Source of the DNA: Balanoglossus misakiensis
Taxonomy: Eukaryota > Animalia > Hemichordata
Length of the DNA stretch: 64,000 bases
Direction of reading: 5' to 3'
Assembly: GCA_040954595.2 (NCBI GenBank)
Contig: CM082586.2
Coordinates: 5,814,509 to 5,878,508, forward strand
The notes beneath the pieces are model-generated. The model had not been told where the DNA came from, did not search any database, and worked only from the letters and a program-made list of their open reading frames with translations. Positions 35,301 through 49,600 of the stretch are shown piece after piece. The translations under genes were made by a program, and so were the position numbers. How positions within the stretch are numbered: position 1 is the stretch's first letter; every line of letters starts with the position of its first letter.

Positions 35301-36004
35301 AGGTTACCGTGAGCTATATTGTCCGTGAACGGTAGTGCGGGAGAAATCATTCACCCAGAATCGAGGAACTGAATGTGGTGATGCAATCAAAACGATTTAT
35401 TCTTTCTCAGCATGAATTACTTAACAAGCATTATTTTCTACATCGAGGATGCCACGTTGGGCCTCTCTATGAGAAAGGGTGGTATACGTAATCACCCTGT
35501 CAAATATTCTAAAATGTATACTGTGCGGGTTGTTGGCCACTGCATGTCATGATTCTGAGTAATGCCAACGGATTCAACAAACGTAGGATCATTTGTCATA
35601 AGTCATCTTCTCTGTGTCGAGTTAGCCAACATGGAAAGATATGTGTATGACAAACAACCGAGATTGTTAATTTTTAATGAGAAATTATCATCGCATCGAC
35701 TAAAATTAAGACTTTGTAAGCTAGAACCTTGAAAAGTTTTGACTTTGTAGGCTGTATAACGTAAGAACCACGATTTTTCGGTAAGAACCACGGCTATGCA
35801 TGAAACTGCCTATCTAAGAACCTTGATGATATGAGAGAGCTATAGAGCGGTACTGTGACGCAGAATGGTCGTTAAAAAGGGGCAAGCACAACCACGCTCA
35901 CGTCCTCTTGAACAGAAACACACTTTGAACTGAAGAGGGCGCATATCACTGACTTCAATCCCAAAACAATTTCCATAGGAAAAATATATGCAGAAAAAAT
36001 GCAT

Positions 36005-36033
36005 TAAATAAATAATTAAATAAATAAATAAAT
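36005..36033. repeat. Short imperfect (TAAA)n repeat
   Basis: taaataaataattaaataaataaataaat. Confidence 0.7.
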
Positions 36034-37638
36034 GACAGGAAGATTATCAAATTTGAAGTTGTCTTCAGTCTTGTCCTTCACAGAAATTCACTGCATGTAT
36101 TTGCATTTATATCAACCTTAGCTTATCTGGGCATAACTTGAATGAGACTGCGTAGACACTAGTCAGGCTGTCTTGCTGGCGGCGTCTCTAAGAAAGAAGC
36201 GTTGAGCGATTTTCTCTTGCCTTGGGCGGTAATTACAAGAAGCGCCAAATCTCTTAGTGGAGTCTTGTATCACGGGTCAGGTGCGCTCATTCAAGCACAC
36301 TTGCGCTCATTGGAACCACACAATATATTCAGGAGACCCGCTTATTGTAAAGATCAGCTCTATTTGACATTCAAATTTATCACCTGTCAACTACTGAGGG
36401 ATAAACCGGTTATTCGATTTACAACATTGTGGATCCTAAAAGGGTATTTGCAGTAGGTTGTGACGTGAATCGGGGGTCGTTCAAGTTGGCTTATAAGTAA
36501 CATGATTGAATACGGTAGTGAAATCGTTGCACGGATTCCAGCATACCCGCCCTCTAGTCCTGAAATGGGGTCAGTCAATGATCCTTCCGTTTGCGGTGGC
36601 CGTGAATTAGGTGTGTTTTTACACCGTTCGGACCATCTTTGCCTTACATAATAGTTAATTAGCATGATAGTATAGCCTAATTTAAATGTTTAAAGCGAAC
36701 GCATTTTCTCAGTGCGGCAACCAATCACGGCACCGGTACTGTCAGGCAGCGACGCGGAGCTTAACATGTGATTGGTTTAATATTCGGCCCCCAATTCAAT
36801 TTCAATCTTTATTCCTATAGATTAAATTGTATCGAAAAGTACAATTCAGTTTAAATGACTGACTTGGTATCAACGTGGTTTGTGTAAAAATCAAAGGTCC
36901 CCAAGATGGCGTTTTGTTCGATGAACAGGTCAAATGCACATGTGACATTACATATTGTGAAAAAAATAAATTTATTTCACGTAATAAGAAGTAGGTTCAT
37001 CACATGATGCACTCACTCGCAGATACATTTATTTAAATCATACGTATACTAATGAATAGTAATTCAAACTGTCGTGTTTTTTTCTCTAATTTTGAAATTG
37101 ATCTGCCGCATTGATAATATTTTTTTTCTTCTGTAAGCTGACCTCTTGATAACGCCCTGAAGATTCCATAAACTAATATAAAATACCCAGTCTTATTTGT
37201 AATTGTTTAACGTTACTAATTCAAAACTCGTACAGGACTGCTTCTCGGTTCATCGCGATCGGAGAAAGACGCCCTCGACGCCCAGATGATGTACACCTGT
37301 TTTCCTACTCCCAACATTCGCCAAAATAACGATGCAGGCATTGCAATCGTTCGGAAGCAGTCGACTTCACTAAATACCCGCGCCTGGACTCATTTTCCGG
37401 TGGATTTTAATTTACATATAAACTATTCACAAGTGGTATATTTTGTGCAATTAGCGAAATACAAAATAGTATATCCAAACTGTAAGAAATATAATGTATT
37501 TTATCAAATTTATAAAGTAATGGTAAATGGCTGAATCATTGTGCGGTCGTTTGTCGTGTCGTCTATATTGCGCCCTCTTTTACGGAAAAATGACGTATTG
37601 ATCTAAGATTCTAACAGACTTCTAGTGTGCCAAGGTGA

Positions 37639-40600
37639 TCATTTGTTGAAAACTGCATCTGTCAAATACAAGGGCCAATACAGCGCGTTGAATACGGCGA
37701 ACATCAACGGGAAAAGGTATCTAGAGTATCGGTCTATGGCTATGGCTTTGTTTTTCAGTCTCAGTCCCTCCGTATAGAGGCTGTCATGGAGACTGGTCTC
37801 GCTCTCACTCTTCTGATATGCCAAGGCAGTCGCCATTTTGTAGCTGCTGCCCCTTTTCAGTTTATTCTGTCGGCGGTTTCCCTGCGACGGCGCCTCTGAG
37901 TTCGACGCCGATGGCAGGTCGTATGAACTGTGTTTTCGAAAGGTTCGTCGTGAGGAGTGGTCGTTTTCGATGTGGTATATATCACCGTTATTGTCTTGTC
38001 CACCTGAACGGCGACCGCTGCCGTTGGGCATCTGTATGCAGAAAAAATATTATGATCCAATAAATAAATGAAGAACGTAAGTAGAGGTTGCATGCATTTG
38101 ACGAACTGAGTATAATATGCGCGGTATACTAGTTGTTAGCTTGGTCTCCATACCCAGTGTGTATTATAGGCAGGCTAACTAGTTGTTTGATGGGTAGTGT
38201 ACTGTATTCTACCGGCAAACAGTACTAGTGACATGGGATCGCTGTTCAATTTAAATTTCAGTCATCCGTGGAAACTCTTAAAAAACAAAATTATAACAAA
38301 TGTTCATCCTAGAAAACGTAAAAATAAAAATAAACAAAAAATGGTTAATTTGCTCATTGAATATTTTGACACCCACTGTCTCTTTAATGGTGAAGACACC
38401 ACCAAGGGATGTTTCATCTTCGTATTCCATCTTGTTCTGCGGCCTGAAGAAATGGCTGAGAGTCTGCCTGTCTTGTCCGAGAGCGTGGAGATAATTGGCC
38501 AAGGCGAATTCCAACAGGGCAGCAAACACGAACACCATGCAGGCTGCTAGCCATATATCGATGGCCTAAACATATGTAAATAAAAAAACAAGAGCCATTA
38601 TTAAACCCAATAGACGTAGCTATCGTCACATCAAGATTTAACTAAACATGTGCCTGTTTCTATTTCCTTTCTCATTGTAATGAAACATCAATTAGAATCA
38701 TTTGTATGAAAAGGCGTTACAACTTTAAAGTGTGATCTGTGCATTTAATAGCAGCTCAGTTATGCTAATTTTCCGGATATTAACTTGGTGGTTAGGTATG
38801 TAGGTGGTTCATTCTGATGGTGTGAACAACATTGCCAGTGCACACACTAACTGCATTCGTCATCTCTCTAGGCAGACAGTCATTAATGTGATTCTGATAT
38901 CACTTCCCCAGGAGCAGTTTCCTCCATAACATGTTTCATGCGGCACCATGATTGGCCAGAATGAATCATGTGACCGGAAAACGATGAATATTTCCCTAGG
39001 GACATAGTTATATCACAGGCGTGTTCTTGCTTGGTCGATACAATGCGCGAGGTGTCTCTACTTTTGAAGTGTGTCACAAAATATAATGGCCTTTTATTAG
39101 GGCTGCCTACAGGCACCTGTTCACTGCCACTTGCTACTGTGAATTCCCAACAGGTGTTGTATCCCTACGCGGCCAAGCAATACGTGTTCATTATCACTAT
39201 GCGACAATGTCCAAGCCTCTTGCATTATTAATACCACAATTTGACGTTATTAATATTGAAATGAAGAACGATATATCAAGTTATCACTGTCTGTATACCC
39301 TAACCCCGTTTCGCACATCCCTAATCAATTTTAATAGCCGGAAACGCTTCTATCATTCTCTGTATCTAAACCTCCTCGGGATTCGTCTTGGCACGCATGA
39401 CTAACGTTTTCTGCATCGACGACTCACTCCCTCATTGTATCCAGTGTTCCTTAGTTGCAGTATATTATTCCCATAGCATATCGCGCAGTAACACCCTTTG
39501 TAGTGATGTTTTATGACAATTGAATATCTTGGGATTAGATTTGTATACGCTCTATCGTGATGATTATAAATGTATGCATTTTTATTGTGCAAGTGAAGTA
39601 TTGTGTATATTAATTCATCAAAAACGCTTTTTTTGACAGTACACTTCGAACAAATTGCTGGAAAAAACCGGGAAGGGTGGCAAACACACGTATTGGGAAA
39701 ATAGGAAGTATATACTGGTAGGTGTTGTCTATATTATAATGTTCTAATTAGCATACAAGGTTGGTACAATCTTGTCTTGCCAGAACTGCGTGTGTTATGA
39801 ATACACTATAAAAACATGGCCTTAATCTGTGTAGATCCCCTTCGACATTACCTTTGCATACGCTACCTTTGGCAATTGTGAGCTGACCCCTGAACTCATG
39901 GTGGTGAAGGTGAGCACCGTTGTTATCCCCAAAGCAACTCTGGCGGGCGCCGCGTTGACGTCGACCCAGAATGAGACCCAGGACACGACCACGAGCATGA
40001 TACTGGGGATGTAGGTCTGTAGCATATAGTACCCGAGCTGGCGCGTCAGTATGAATTCGACGTTCACATGAGCAAATTTACCTGTGAAAGAAAATGGCGT
40101 ATTTTAATACACCACACCTTTTTCCAAAGAGACTGTCGGCCTTGAAATGTCGTTTGAACGATAAGTATTACTGTCACAGGTACATAAATCAAGTCAAGCT
40201 ATTAATGGCAACTTGTGATATTGTTTTCATATCTCACAGATAATGCAACTATGATAAAGTTACTCGTTAATCATAGCATCGTTGGCTTGCGTATCATACA
40301 TTATCAAACTATTGCAAGATGACCATGTGATAATGTTTAATAGGGCATGATGCTGGCAAAGAAAAAGCAAGGTGAATTATTCACGACACTGTCATTCGTG
40401 CCATTAGTGAACAATCTACATTTCAATTTTGTTTTTAAAACCATTATTGCATAGTTGTAATCACGTTTCTAGACTTTTAACATTACAATTTGATATATCC
40501 TACCCGTAGTCAAATCATCATGTTGGTTTAAGCAAATTGGTAGCAATAAGATAGGGTTATAACATAAATGTAACAATACATTCGCAAACAGCTAATGTTT

Positions 40601-43600
40601 GAGAAACGGAAAACTCCAACCGGATGTTAAACATCGAGATTGGCATCCCTGGCTAGGTCTTTGTTGGAATTAATTTAGTTTGCCAAGAAAATCTTTTTGT
40701 GAGGCAAATGTTTTATCTGTTTCTCTGAGAGTTACATTGAAATTACAGTGTATTCTATACACGATATAACTTCCACGTCATTAGCTCAAATGCTTAATAA
40801 ACACAGAAGCTAGTAAATTTGCTCAAGGCCCTGTCTTCTCCGACGTCACGTTTGACTGACATACAATAAGTTCAGTCAACCACAGCCAATGCATGGGTCA
40901 GCTTTGCCATGACAACGGGTTCTATGAACTCTGTGACACGCGAGCTTCACGAGACAACTTGAAATTTTGACACATTTTTTTTATTGAAAGCCCGGGATTT
41001 CTATGTATTAATAGATTTTTTGAATGTGTGGAATTGGTTTGTTTTCTGATCCTTTTTACCCCAAGGGAAAAGCTTTTCATAGATTGTACATTGGAAACAC
41101 TTTCTGTAACCTACCTGTCACCAACAGGTTGTTGTTTTGTTCGCTTTTGATGAAGCCTTTCAGCTCGTACTGTGCCAGCTTCATTTTCCGATCCCAGTCG
41201 ACGGGGCTGCTCTCGTTCCAATGCAACAACATGTCCGCGGTAGTGTAGCCATCTTGGGAACGACAGAACAACGAGAAATAATTAGACGCAGGTGTTCTTC
41301 TGTATGTACCACACACGATAGCAATCTCTCTCGTGTATCTGAATAATGTCAACCAGAACTGGTAACTTGTTATAAACATGCCAGCCTCGTTTCCCTTCAA
41401 TTTGTAGTGAATAGCAGGTACTTCTAAAACCTGGCTAATGGAAGAACTGTCAAAATGTTTCCATGTGGACAACACGCTGGGATAATATTTACACGCGTTG
41501 AGTTGAGTTTTATACAGCTACTAATGTACACCAAGGCCCATGCACTCGCATACATTGCCTGCTGGTTTGCTGTGGATTTAATACTGTCATTATCGCCAGT
41601 GTTGTCGAATGAATACGAAATGATATGGGAAATCAAATTGTCGATTAAATGGGAGAGACAGAGAAATGGGAAGACAGACATTCATTGTTTGTCACGGTAT
41701 CAAAAATCCTGTCTAGGTCCCGCATGTTAATGACCTGACACTCATGAACAGAGAGATGACAGCCCAAGGAAGTCAATAACAGTTTAATATCATCTTGATT
41801 GGATGTACCACCTGTATCACTCAAGGCCGGGTTAATTTCAATTGTATGTTTACTGATATCCTTGACTGTGACCGGTTTTCTCTAAACAATGGAAAGACTT
41901 GACTACTGATTCGAAGGGGACGCCATACAGGTACAGCTCAGCAGTGTTATCGGGCAATTAGTGTAATGAGATCAAGAACTTGAGAGTCTCGATTTCGGCA
42001 GGGCCAAAACAGCAAAGGATAGATTGTAGAGACAGCTACTGTCTGACTGCCTGAGGCAATGCGTCGCATGCAGTCATTGCATTACAGGGTTTTCGCAAAA
42101 TTACTCCAACGTCTGTGCCGTGTGGTATTGTAATCAAATATTGTAGGTAGCAGCTAGTTGATATTCTAAGTATCACTATCCATTTTGGACCGCGTACTGT
42201 GAATTAGACGAGATCCCAGCAATTTTATAGTCTCCATCAGTGACATAATCGCTCGGTTCATCTGCCTTAATGCACTATAGTGGTAATTACATGGTACAGT
42301 GTAGCTCTGCGTACAGGTCTGTGTGTTCCCGGCGTTACACGGCCAGGTAATGCCGGGAACACACAGACCTGTACGCAGGTCTGTGTGTACAGGTCTGTGC
42401 GTTCCCGGCATTACCTGGCCGTGTAACGCCGGGAACGCACAGACCTGTACGCAGGTCTGTGTGTACAGGTCTGTGCGTTCCCGGCGTTACACGGCCGTGT
42501 AATGCCGGGAACACACAGACCTGTACGCAGGTCTGTGTGTACAGGTCTGTGCGTTCCCGGCGTTACACGGCCAGGTAATGCCGGGAACACACAGACCTGT
42601 ACGCAGGTCTGTGTGTACAGGTCTGTGCGTTCCCGGCGTTACACGGCCGTGTAATGCCGGGAACACACAGACCTGTACGCAGGTCTGTGTGTACAGGTCT
42701 GTGCGTTCCCGGCGTTACACGGCCGTGTAATGCCGGGAACACACAGACCTGTACGCAGGTCTGTGTGTACAGGTCTGTGTGTTCCCGGCGTTACATGGCC
42801 GTGTCATGCCGGGAACACACAGACCTGTACGCAGGTCTGTGTGTACAGGTCTGTGCGTTCCCGGCGTTACACGGCCGTGTAACGCCGGGAACACACAGAC
42901 CTGTACGCAGGGTTAGGTACAGTGCTAATATAACTTAGGGCTTCTGCATGCAATCACGCAGAGGAACATGAAGCTTGGTTGAATGGATCAGTGTAGGAAT
43001 GAACTTGTATATTCAAATATGACTCAACATACGAGCATCTAAGTATGAAAAAGATATAGATAATATTTTGAACACCTCGAAGCTGCATCATTTACTATAT
43101 AGGGATAACAGTAAATTTAAAAGTTTCTTAATGTCAGATAAGTGCACTGTATTACGCCTCATGACGTAAAACATTTTGGCCGACTACTCTAAATCATGCG
43201 TTCTGGTTCAAAGTCTCTAGTTCAGTTTATGAATGTTAACGAAAAATCACTGTTAACTCACATGGTTCTATTTGAATTCCGCAGTATTGATTGTCCATCG
43301 GGAACTGCTTGAGATCCATATGGCATGTCAGAATTAAACTCAGTCTGGTTTGGAAGAAAATGATTGCAGTAAGTGATTTATCTTGCATTTGGATGCAAAT
43401 TAATGTCACTTATATACATTGACACAAACTGTCATCAACCCCATATGCATTCACAACTCTTTCAATTGATCTACGCGATCACTTTGCTTCAGGCTCCCTA
43501 TAGGGCATATACTAGTAATTAAAAAGCTTACCTAAGACTGTATAAGATGTCACCGTTAGGGTGTAAGCGGAAATACATGTTGTCCCTGGTAACGTGGTGG

Positions 43601-46600
43601 AAATTTGCCTGCTTGACATTAACGAAGAAGAGATCGGGCACCCAGAACCTTTTTCTGATGTCGTCTGCTATGACGATGGCAATACTGTGGTTGTAGGTCA
43701 GGCGAGGATCAGTCCAGTACTGCCGGAAATACATGGTTACTTGATAGTCCTGGGGAAAGACGAAGCCAGCTAGTTTCATCATTCCATTTTTACACGATTG
43801 CAAGTACTTGAGGATTGTTGTATATGTAAAAATGTGGACAAGACAGTATTTGTTGTTTACCAGAGGAGAATCTAGCAATTCTGCCATTATCAGAACAAAA
43901 AAATGGCAAATACAGCGAGTGTGTGGTACATAGGCAGTGTCTCCTTGACATGTCAGGTGAAAATCTATGATTCCGGGAACTTTATTGACATCATTAAGCC
44001 ACCATGAATACCGTAGTTGCAGGTGACAGATGTCTTTTAGTTGCTAAAAGAAATTGCAGTGAAATGAAATTGGTTTTTTTCACACTGAACCAAAGTGGAA
44101 CGCACTTTAACGATTGTGCCTGGAATGACATACATGCATGTCTTCCCGCTTTGTATAGTAATACATGTATACATTTTTTGTTGTGGCACCGGCGTACAAT
44201 TTCACGCGATTTCCCGCGAGAGTTGACGAGATCTTCGTTAACAACTGGGCGCGGTCCAGTACTGGCGATTTAACATTACACTCTGGTGCAAGTTCCAATC
44301 GGCGAATCTCGCCTTTCAGTCATGACAGGCCTTCTAGTTTGGGCAGATTAGACCGATGTCAAAAATTGCCAGACCTGCAGGAATATTGCCGGCGGGTGAA
44401 TCAATTTGTACTTTACCGTTTCTTTCTGCACGTGGATACTCAACCGTTGACGAACAAAGCCTTATTGTCTGTGAACCGTATAGAAAGTGCAGGTGCATCG
44501 TGTTCTACTTACTCCTCGAATTTAATCCACATTTAGCCATTCCCTGACATTCTCCATACATTATATATTCCGACAACAACTTGTAAACTTGAAATATTTA
44601 TTGACAATATCCCGGATTTTCATTAAAATTTAAAAATTAAATGAATGATAAGACATTTGACAATGGAAAAATGCAAGAAGATACACCATGTTTAGCTTGT
44701 ATACCTTCTCGGATTCCACATGCATATTAATGAGTGACCCATAAATTTGTCGTGGAATTATTGTTTACATTAGTAATTACTCTCTGTAATTTTCTAATGA
44801 GATTTTTGAAACGTTTGACCGCCCCACGATGTTGTTCGATAGCAATTCGAAGGGTATATAAATTTATTGGGCTATTAATCAATTACTAATTGTAATAATA
44901 ATAATGGTTAATGGGGATTTTCTCAAATAGGCACTCGATTGATTTATTGCATTTCACAATGGACTGCCTAAATAGGGTCACGACTTTAAGGGCAAGCAAA
45001 CGGGACGGTTGAATGAACTCCGCAGTATAGTAGTTAACATGAATAAGAAAGCATAGTACATGTATAACTCTTGCTGGGACCACAATCTTCTTCGCGCAAA
45101 GTTATGACCACAAAAGTTAATATTGCTCGGTGCAAGACCAAATAACTTATAACACTGTGACGTGATGAAGGAAACGTTATACACAAAAACTTACCATAGT
45201 CGTCTCCATGATGGAATCGAAACTTGTGATATACATATCGCAGTGTACGTCAACGGGTTTACCTAAGATAGATAAACGATTATTAATTTCTAGTCAGCAT
45301 TTAGATGACATGTCAACTTGTGCCAAAGACGCGGGTGGATGTGAATGCAATTGCTATGATGTTATTGTACAAAGGGGACAGGAAATTCGAACTTCTGTGC
45401 ACGAAAACATATTTACAAAAGGTCTGAACACGAACATTGATGTCAAATGAATTATTTTAAGTGTATTCACTGTAGTGGTATAGTACCTGTAGTAAACAAT
45501 ACTCACTGCTGGCAAATGGTCTTACTGTCCTGTCGTAGCCGTCCAAAAGCTTAAGTAAAACTCGGGATTGCAGTTGTTCAGGAACTATTGTGTCCTCTAT
45601 CTGTTTAGTAACATTGTCAATGGCGCCAGGCGTTACATCGGGTACATCAGTGATGTTCGGCGAGAAGTTCTCAGTTGGACGTGTACCCACGTCCCCAGTG
45701 GTGATGTTTGACCTTTTGAAGAAAAAAATTCTTGTTAGTTGTGCGGAATACCTCATCGCAGTTAACTTGCAGTGATGAAACGCATTTTTCTTCAAACCTG
45801 TTTCTACTTTATATTTCGTTTTACGAAAACGTTTTGCCATCAAATCGTAATTTCAATTTGCATCAATCCGTACCACAAATATAGATAAGAGTGTACGACA
45901 TTCTTTGCTTCCAGCGATTGCATTACTTTACATGCATGCATTCATGCACATGGTATACAGTGTAAGATGTATTGCATTTCATGCCTGTATTACAAAATCA
46001 ATGTTCAGTAAATTGACGTACAAATATCTCGATTACATTGTACTGTTTGTAAAACACGAGAAACTCAAATGAAAATGCTATCCGTAAGCTCTCTTCTTGA
46101 AAGAAAAAAAATATGTCGCTGTTGTTTTGGATAGTGTAAAAGAACTTTGCAGGCAAAAACCATCTCAGATTATTTGATTGACCAGCTTATCTGCACCGGT
46201 AGACCTATCTCATATAAAAAAATCATGTTCCCGGAGAAATGATATCATCCCATATCCGAAATTGATAACAATACCGATAACAGTGACAAAACATTTATCT
46301 ATGTTCAGATATGAATAAAACATTGTGTGTGATAACAGAAATCAGTAGACTTCATTTATATCTGTTTCCGATACTGTTATCCTTAAAAATGGATGCCCAT
46401 TCCCATTCACTCACAGCATCCGCTGATTCAAACCAAAAAGGTCACTATCTGCATTTCTATGTTTTAGTAATTTAGAATTCGACAGATCTGAGTAATAATG
46501 TTCAACACATGCGTGAATCAGTCGGTTACATGTATTGCAGCTCCCACTTGCTTATCGAACAAATAATACTGTAGTCTGTATTTTGGTAGGTTGGTTTAGA

Positions 46601-49600
46601 AAAGGGGGACATATGGTAGACTGGGGCCAAATCTCATCGCTCATTACTTCAAGAACCTCTCCACTTATACCTGCATTGATGAGTTCAGTAACCGATATGA
46701 TATCTCCAGAGTAGCTACACACAACAATGACACCATCTGCTGTTGGGAGTCACACGCAGAATTATCACTAGCTTTCGTGGAAAGCTTACTACTACTGCAA
46801 CATTTTTTTCTGCAAGCATTAAGGGCGCCTTTGTTAAAACACACGTCTTGTCTTTAAGGGGCTTCATGCCACGTGCAAATAAATTGATGTCGTGACATGT
46901 CCTTGGGAATTAGAGAAAGCACTTTTCATCTCATTTCATCTCCTCACCCCCAGAAGTTAGAAGGACAACGCCTACTGTGTGAGTGTTTTGCTCTAGTGCG
47001 AGATGAGTACGTCAAAAACAGTCACCTGCTGTTGTTTGCTCCCCAAGGAGTTTCGTGTTGTTGAATTGGGTGTCTCTACCGAGAGTTGTGTACTTTCAGA
47101 AACTAACATCGCTTCATGGCAATTACTTTCATTTAAAGTATAATGAAAATACAAGTCTAGTAGCCTACAGAGGACACACTGGAGTGAAATAATTGACACC
47201 GTACTAGTTTAGGACTGAATGTGCATGTACTTGAAAAATGCACAGGTTAGGGAAATAGTTTCAATGGCAACAACACTCAGTGTAGTGTCCAGGGTAACTA
47301 TGCCGCTTTATTGAATGTGTTTTAAACCACCAGCGTGACAACTGTTCAGTTTCGTGGGGATGAGCGCATCACAGATCAAGTTTGCGTCACTTGCTAGTCC
47401 GAGAAGAATCCCCTCACCTGTTCGAATATTATTTTCTCATGAAATTATATTAAGTACGAATGCTGTCGTGGGAAATCGTCTTTGCTGCAGGTCAATCTAT
47501 TTTATTAATGCCCACGTGTGCATGCACTTACTACGAATGCATGCGTTTTAGGCTACGGATAGAATTTCACAGCAAATTTCCTGAGATCGCATTAGTACAA
47601 TCTCCCGTTGTAGGACACATTTTTGCCAGATGAAGGCCAGTCAGAAGACAGTATCGGCTTACAATATCACATATATATTTTTCAGTCGAAATGGGCCAGG
47701 TTGCACCTGCAAACTCTTAAAGGGGCGTGTACTTCCTATGATGATGGAGTTCACAGTTTGGATCTGTGTACTTTGGTTCAACCATTTATCTTGGTCGATT
47801 GATGGTCACCTTGGTTTGAAAATAATGTCAAAAGTATTTTGTTGTGCGTGTAACGTTATATTATGTGTGCCTTGTCAGAAACTCAAACATTTTTGTCTAA
47901 CAAGCAGACCAAGGGCATGAATATAGAATATGTTTGTTGCTGTTGCATATGCATTACAGGTCGTGTTTATATGCCAGTACAACGTCAGTTTAAGCAATGA
48001 AATATGACATTTTACATGCCACAGGCGACAAAGATTCGAGATGATAACACCACGGTGTATCAAAGATTCCCTCGACTCCCACTTCTCCATAAATGTTTAG
48101 AGTCTGCGGAAATGTTTTACTCATATTGCTACGGTAATATATTGTCTCTGGTTACAAATGTACTTCTGTCAGTGTTGCCATGTCACTGGGATGATTCGAT
48201 CAATATGAACGATGTCAACATCCTCGTAAATTCGTAGATTAAAACATAAGCACTTTGTAAAGCCGAATTCAATGGAGACGTTAGTGAGGTTTTCTATTTA
48301 TATGCAACATTTGTTTTAGCTGTTGGTGTAATACCACCATACATTTCAGAAAACCACAAAATATCAGTTGGGCAATTAAAAATATGGTCGGGTGTTTGGC
48401 AGGTTGTAGGTCACGGGTTAAATTGTTTAATAAAAGGGAAAACAGATGTAACCATGAGCTTCCCGAAATTAAATATGTGCTAGTTCAAGGCCATAAATAG
48501 ACATAAATGATAATAAATTGTGTGTATTTATGTGTGTGCGTGTTGGTGTATCTATGCATGTACTGGGGTATGCATGTGTACGAACACGCAACTGCCGTAG
48601 CCCTCCTCCGTAAGTAAGACAATTAAAAGTCCGTCGAGGAAGTAAGCTTCTCTGTGTAACATTTGGAACATGTTCTTCCTGTTTTATCTTCTTCCCATTC
48701 CCTCAATATGGTTTCACACAAAAGTTTACGGATTTATTGCGTCCAAATTTACTGCTTTTATTCGATCGTTTAAGTTGAATATCATGGATGCCCCGGGGTT
48801 GAGTAATATATGGTGAAACTGCGTGTGTTTCCTAGAAGATCGTAAATTTCTAGGGGATCTTGAAATGAATAAATGATCGATCGCGTTGTAATTGTTTTCC
48901 ACCATGAATTGGCATCATCGTTGTTTTTTCTATAATTTATGACTTCGTGTAGTAGTGCAAGAATTTCACTGCGACCTAATGAACACGTGGGAGTCGATCG
49001 TTAAAGTTGAATATCACTGATGCCCCACTGTTTGCACTCATTTCGATTATCTTCTAAGAATGTAATCAATGTCACTTTATCTGTAAATCGAGAGAAATGA
49101 CATGTCATATTCAATATTATTGGACACAACTTTACTGGGCGCGATCGACTCTCGAATATGATGCAGATCGTTAAGGCGTTTGTGAAATAATTGTAGTTCA
49201 TTAAGATACTCTTATGAAGTTGCAAATCATTTCTTTCCTGTAAGTTTCTTCCCCTCAAACCTTGTCATGTTCCGTGAATTACCACACTTCACGCAGTTCC
49301 ATGTAGAATTTTCTTGGGGTCACATCTCACGGCACTTGTATCATTGCCATGGAAATGAGGCTCTCTCAGCACGTCTCTTATGATTAGACAGTTCTTTCGG
49401 CGATTTCCCATGGGTTTTCGCGACGAAGCATTGCGTGTGAAACAATTATCACCTCAAGTAGTTACAATAAATCTAGTGCCTTCTTATTCAGACGTGCTGG
49501 CAGGGGTATGGATGTACTTGATGTGAACACGAAGAAACATCTAAGGCATTCCCCGGTTTTCTTTTATCTATGCAATTCCCCAAAGTACAGGCCGTGTATG

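Noticed and set aside
42311-42910. CRISPR-like array (regular palindromic repeats)
   Set aside because: The linkers are identical rather than unique spacers, no cas genes are present, the context is a eukaryotic intron, and a TSD explains it as a transposon insertion.
46671-46736. First coding exon of the Cys-loop channel
   Set aside because: The open frames end in phase 0 or 1, whereas exon 2 needs phase 2; the 54747-54668 exon fits better.
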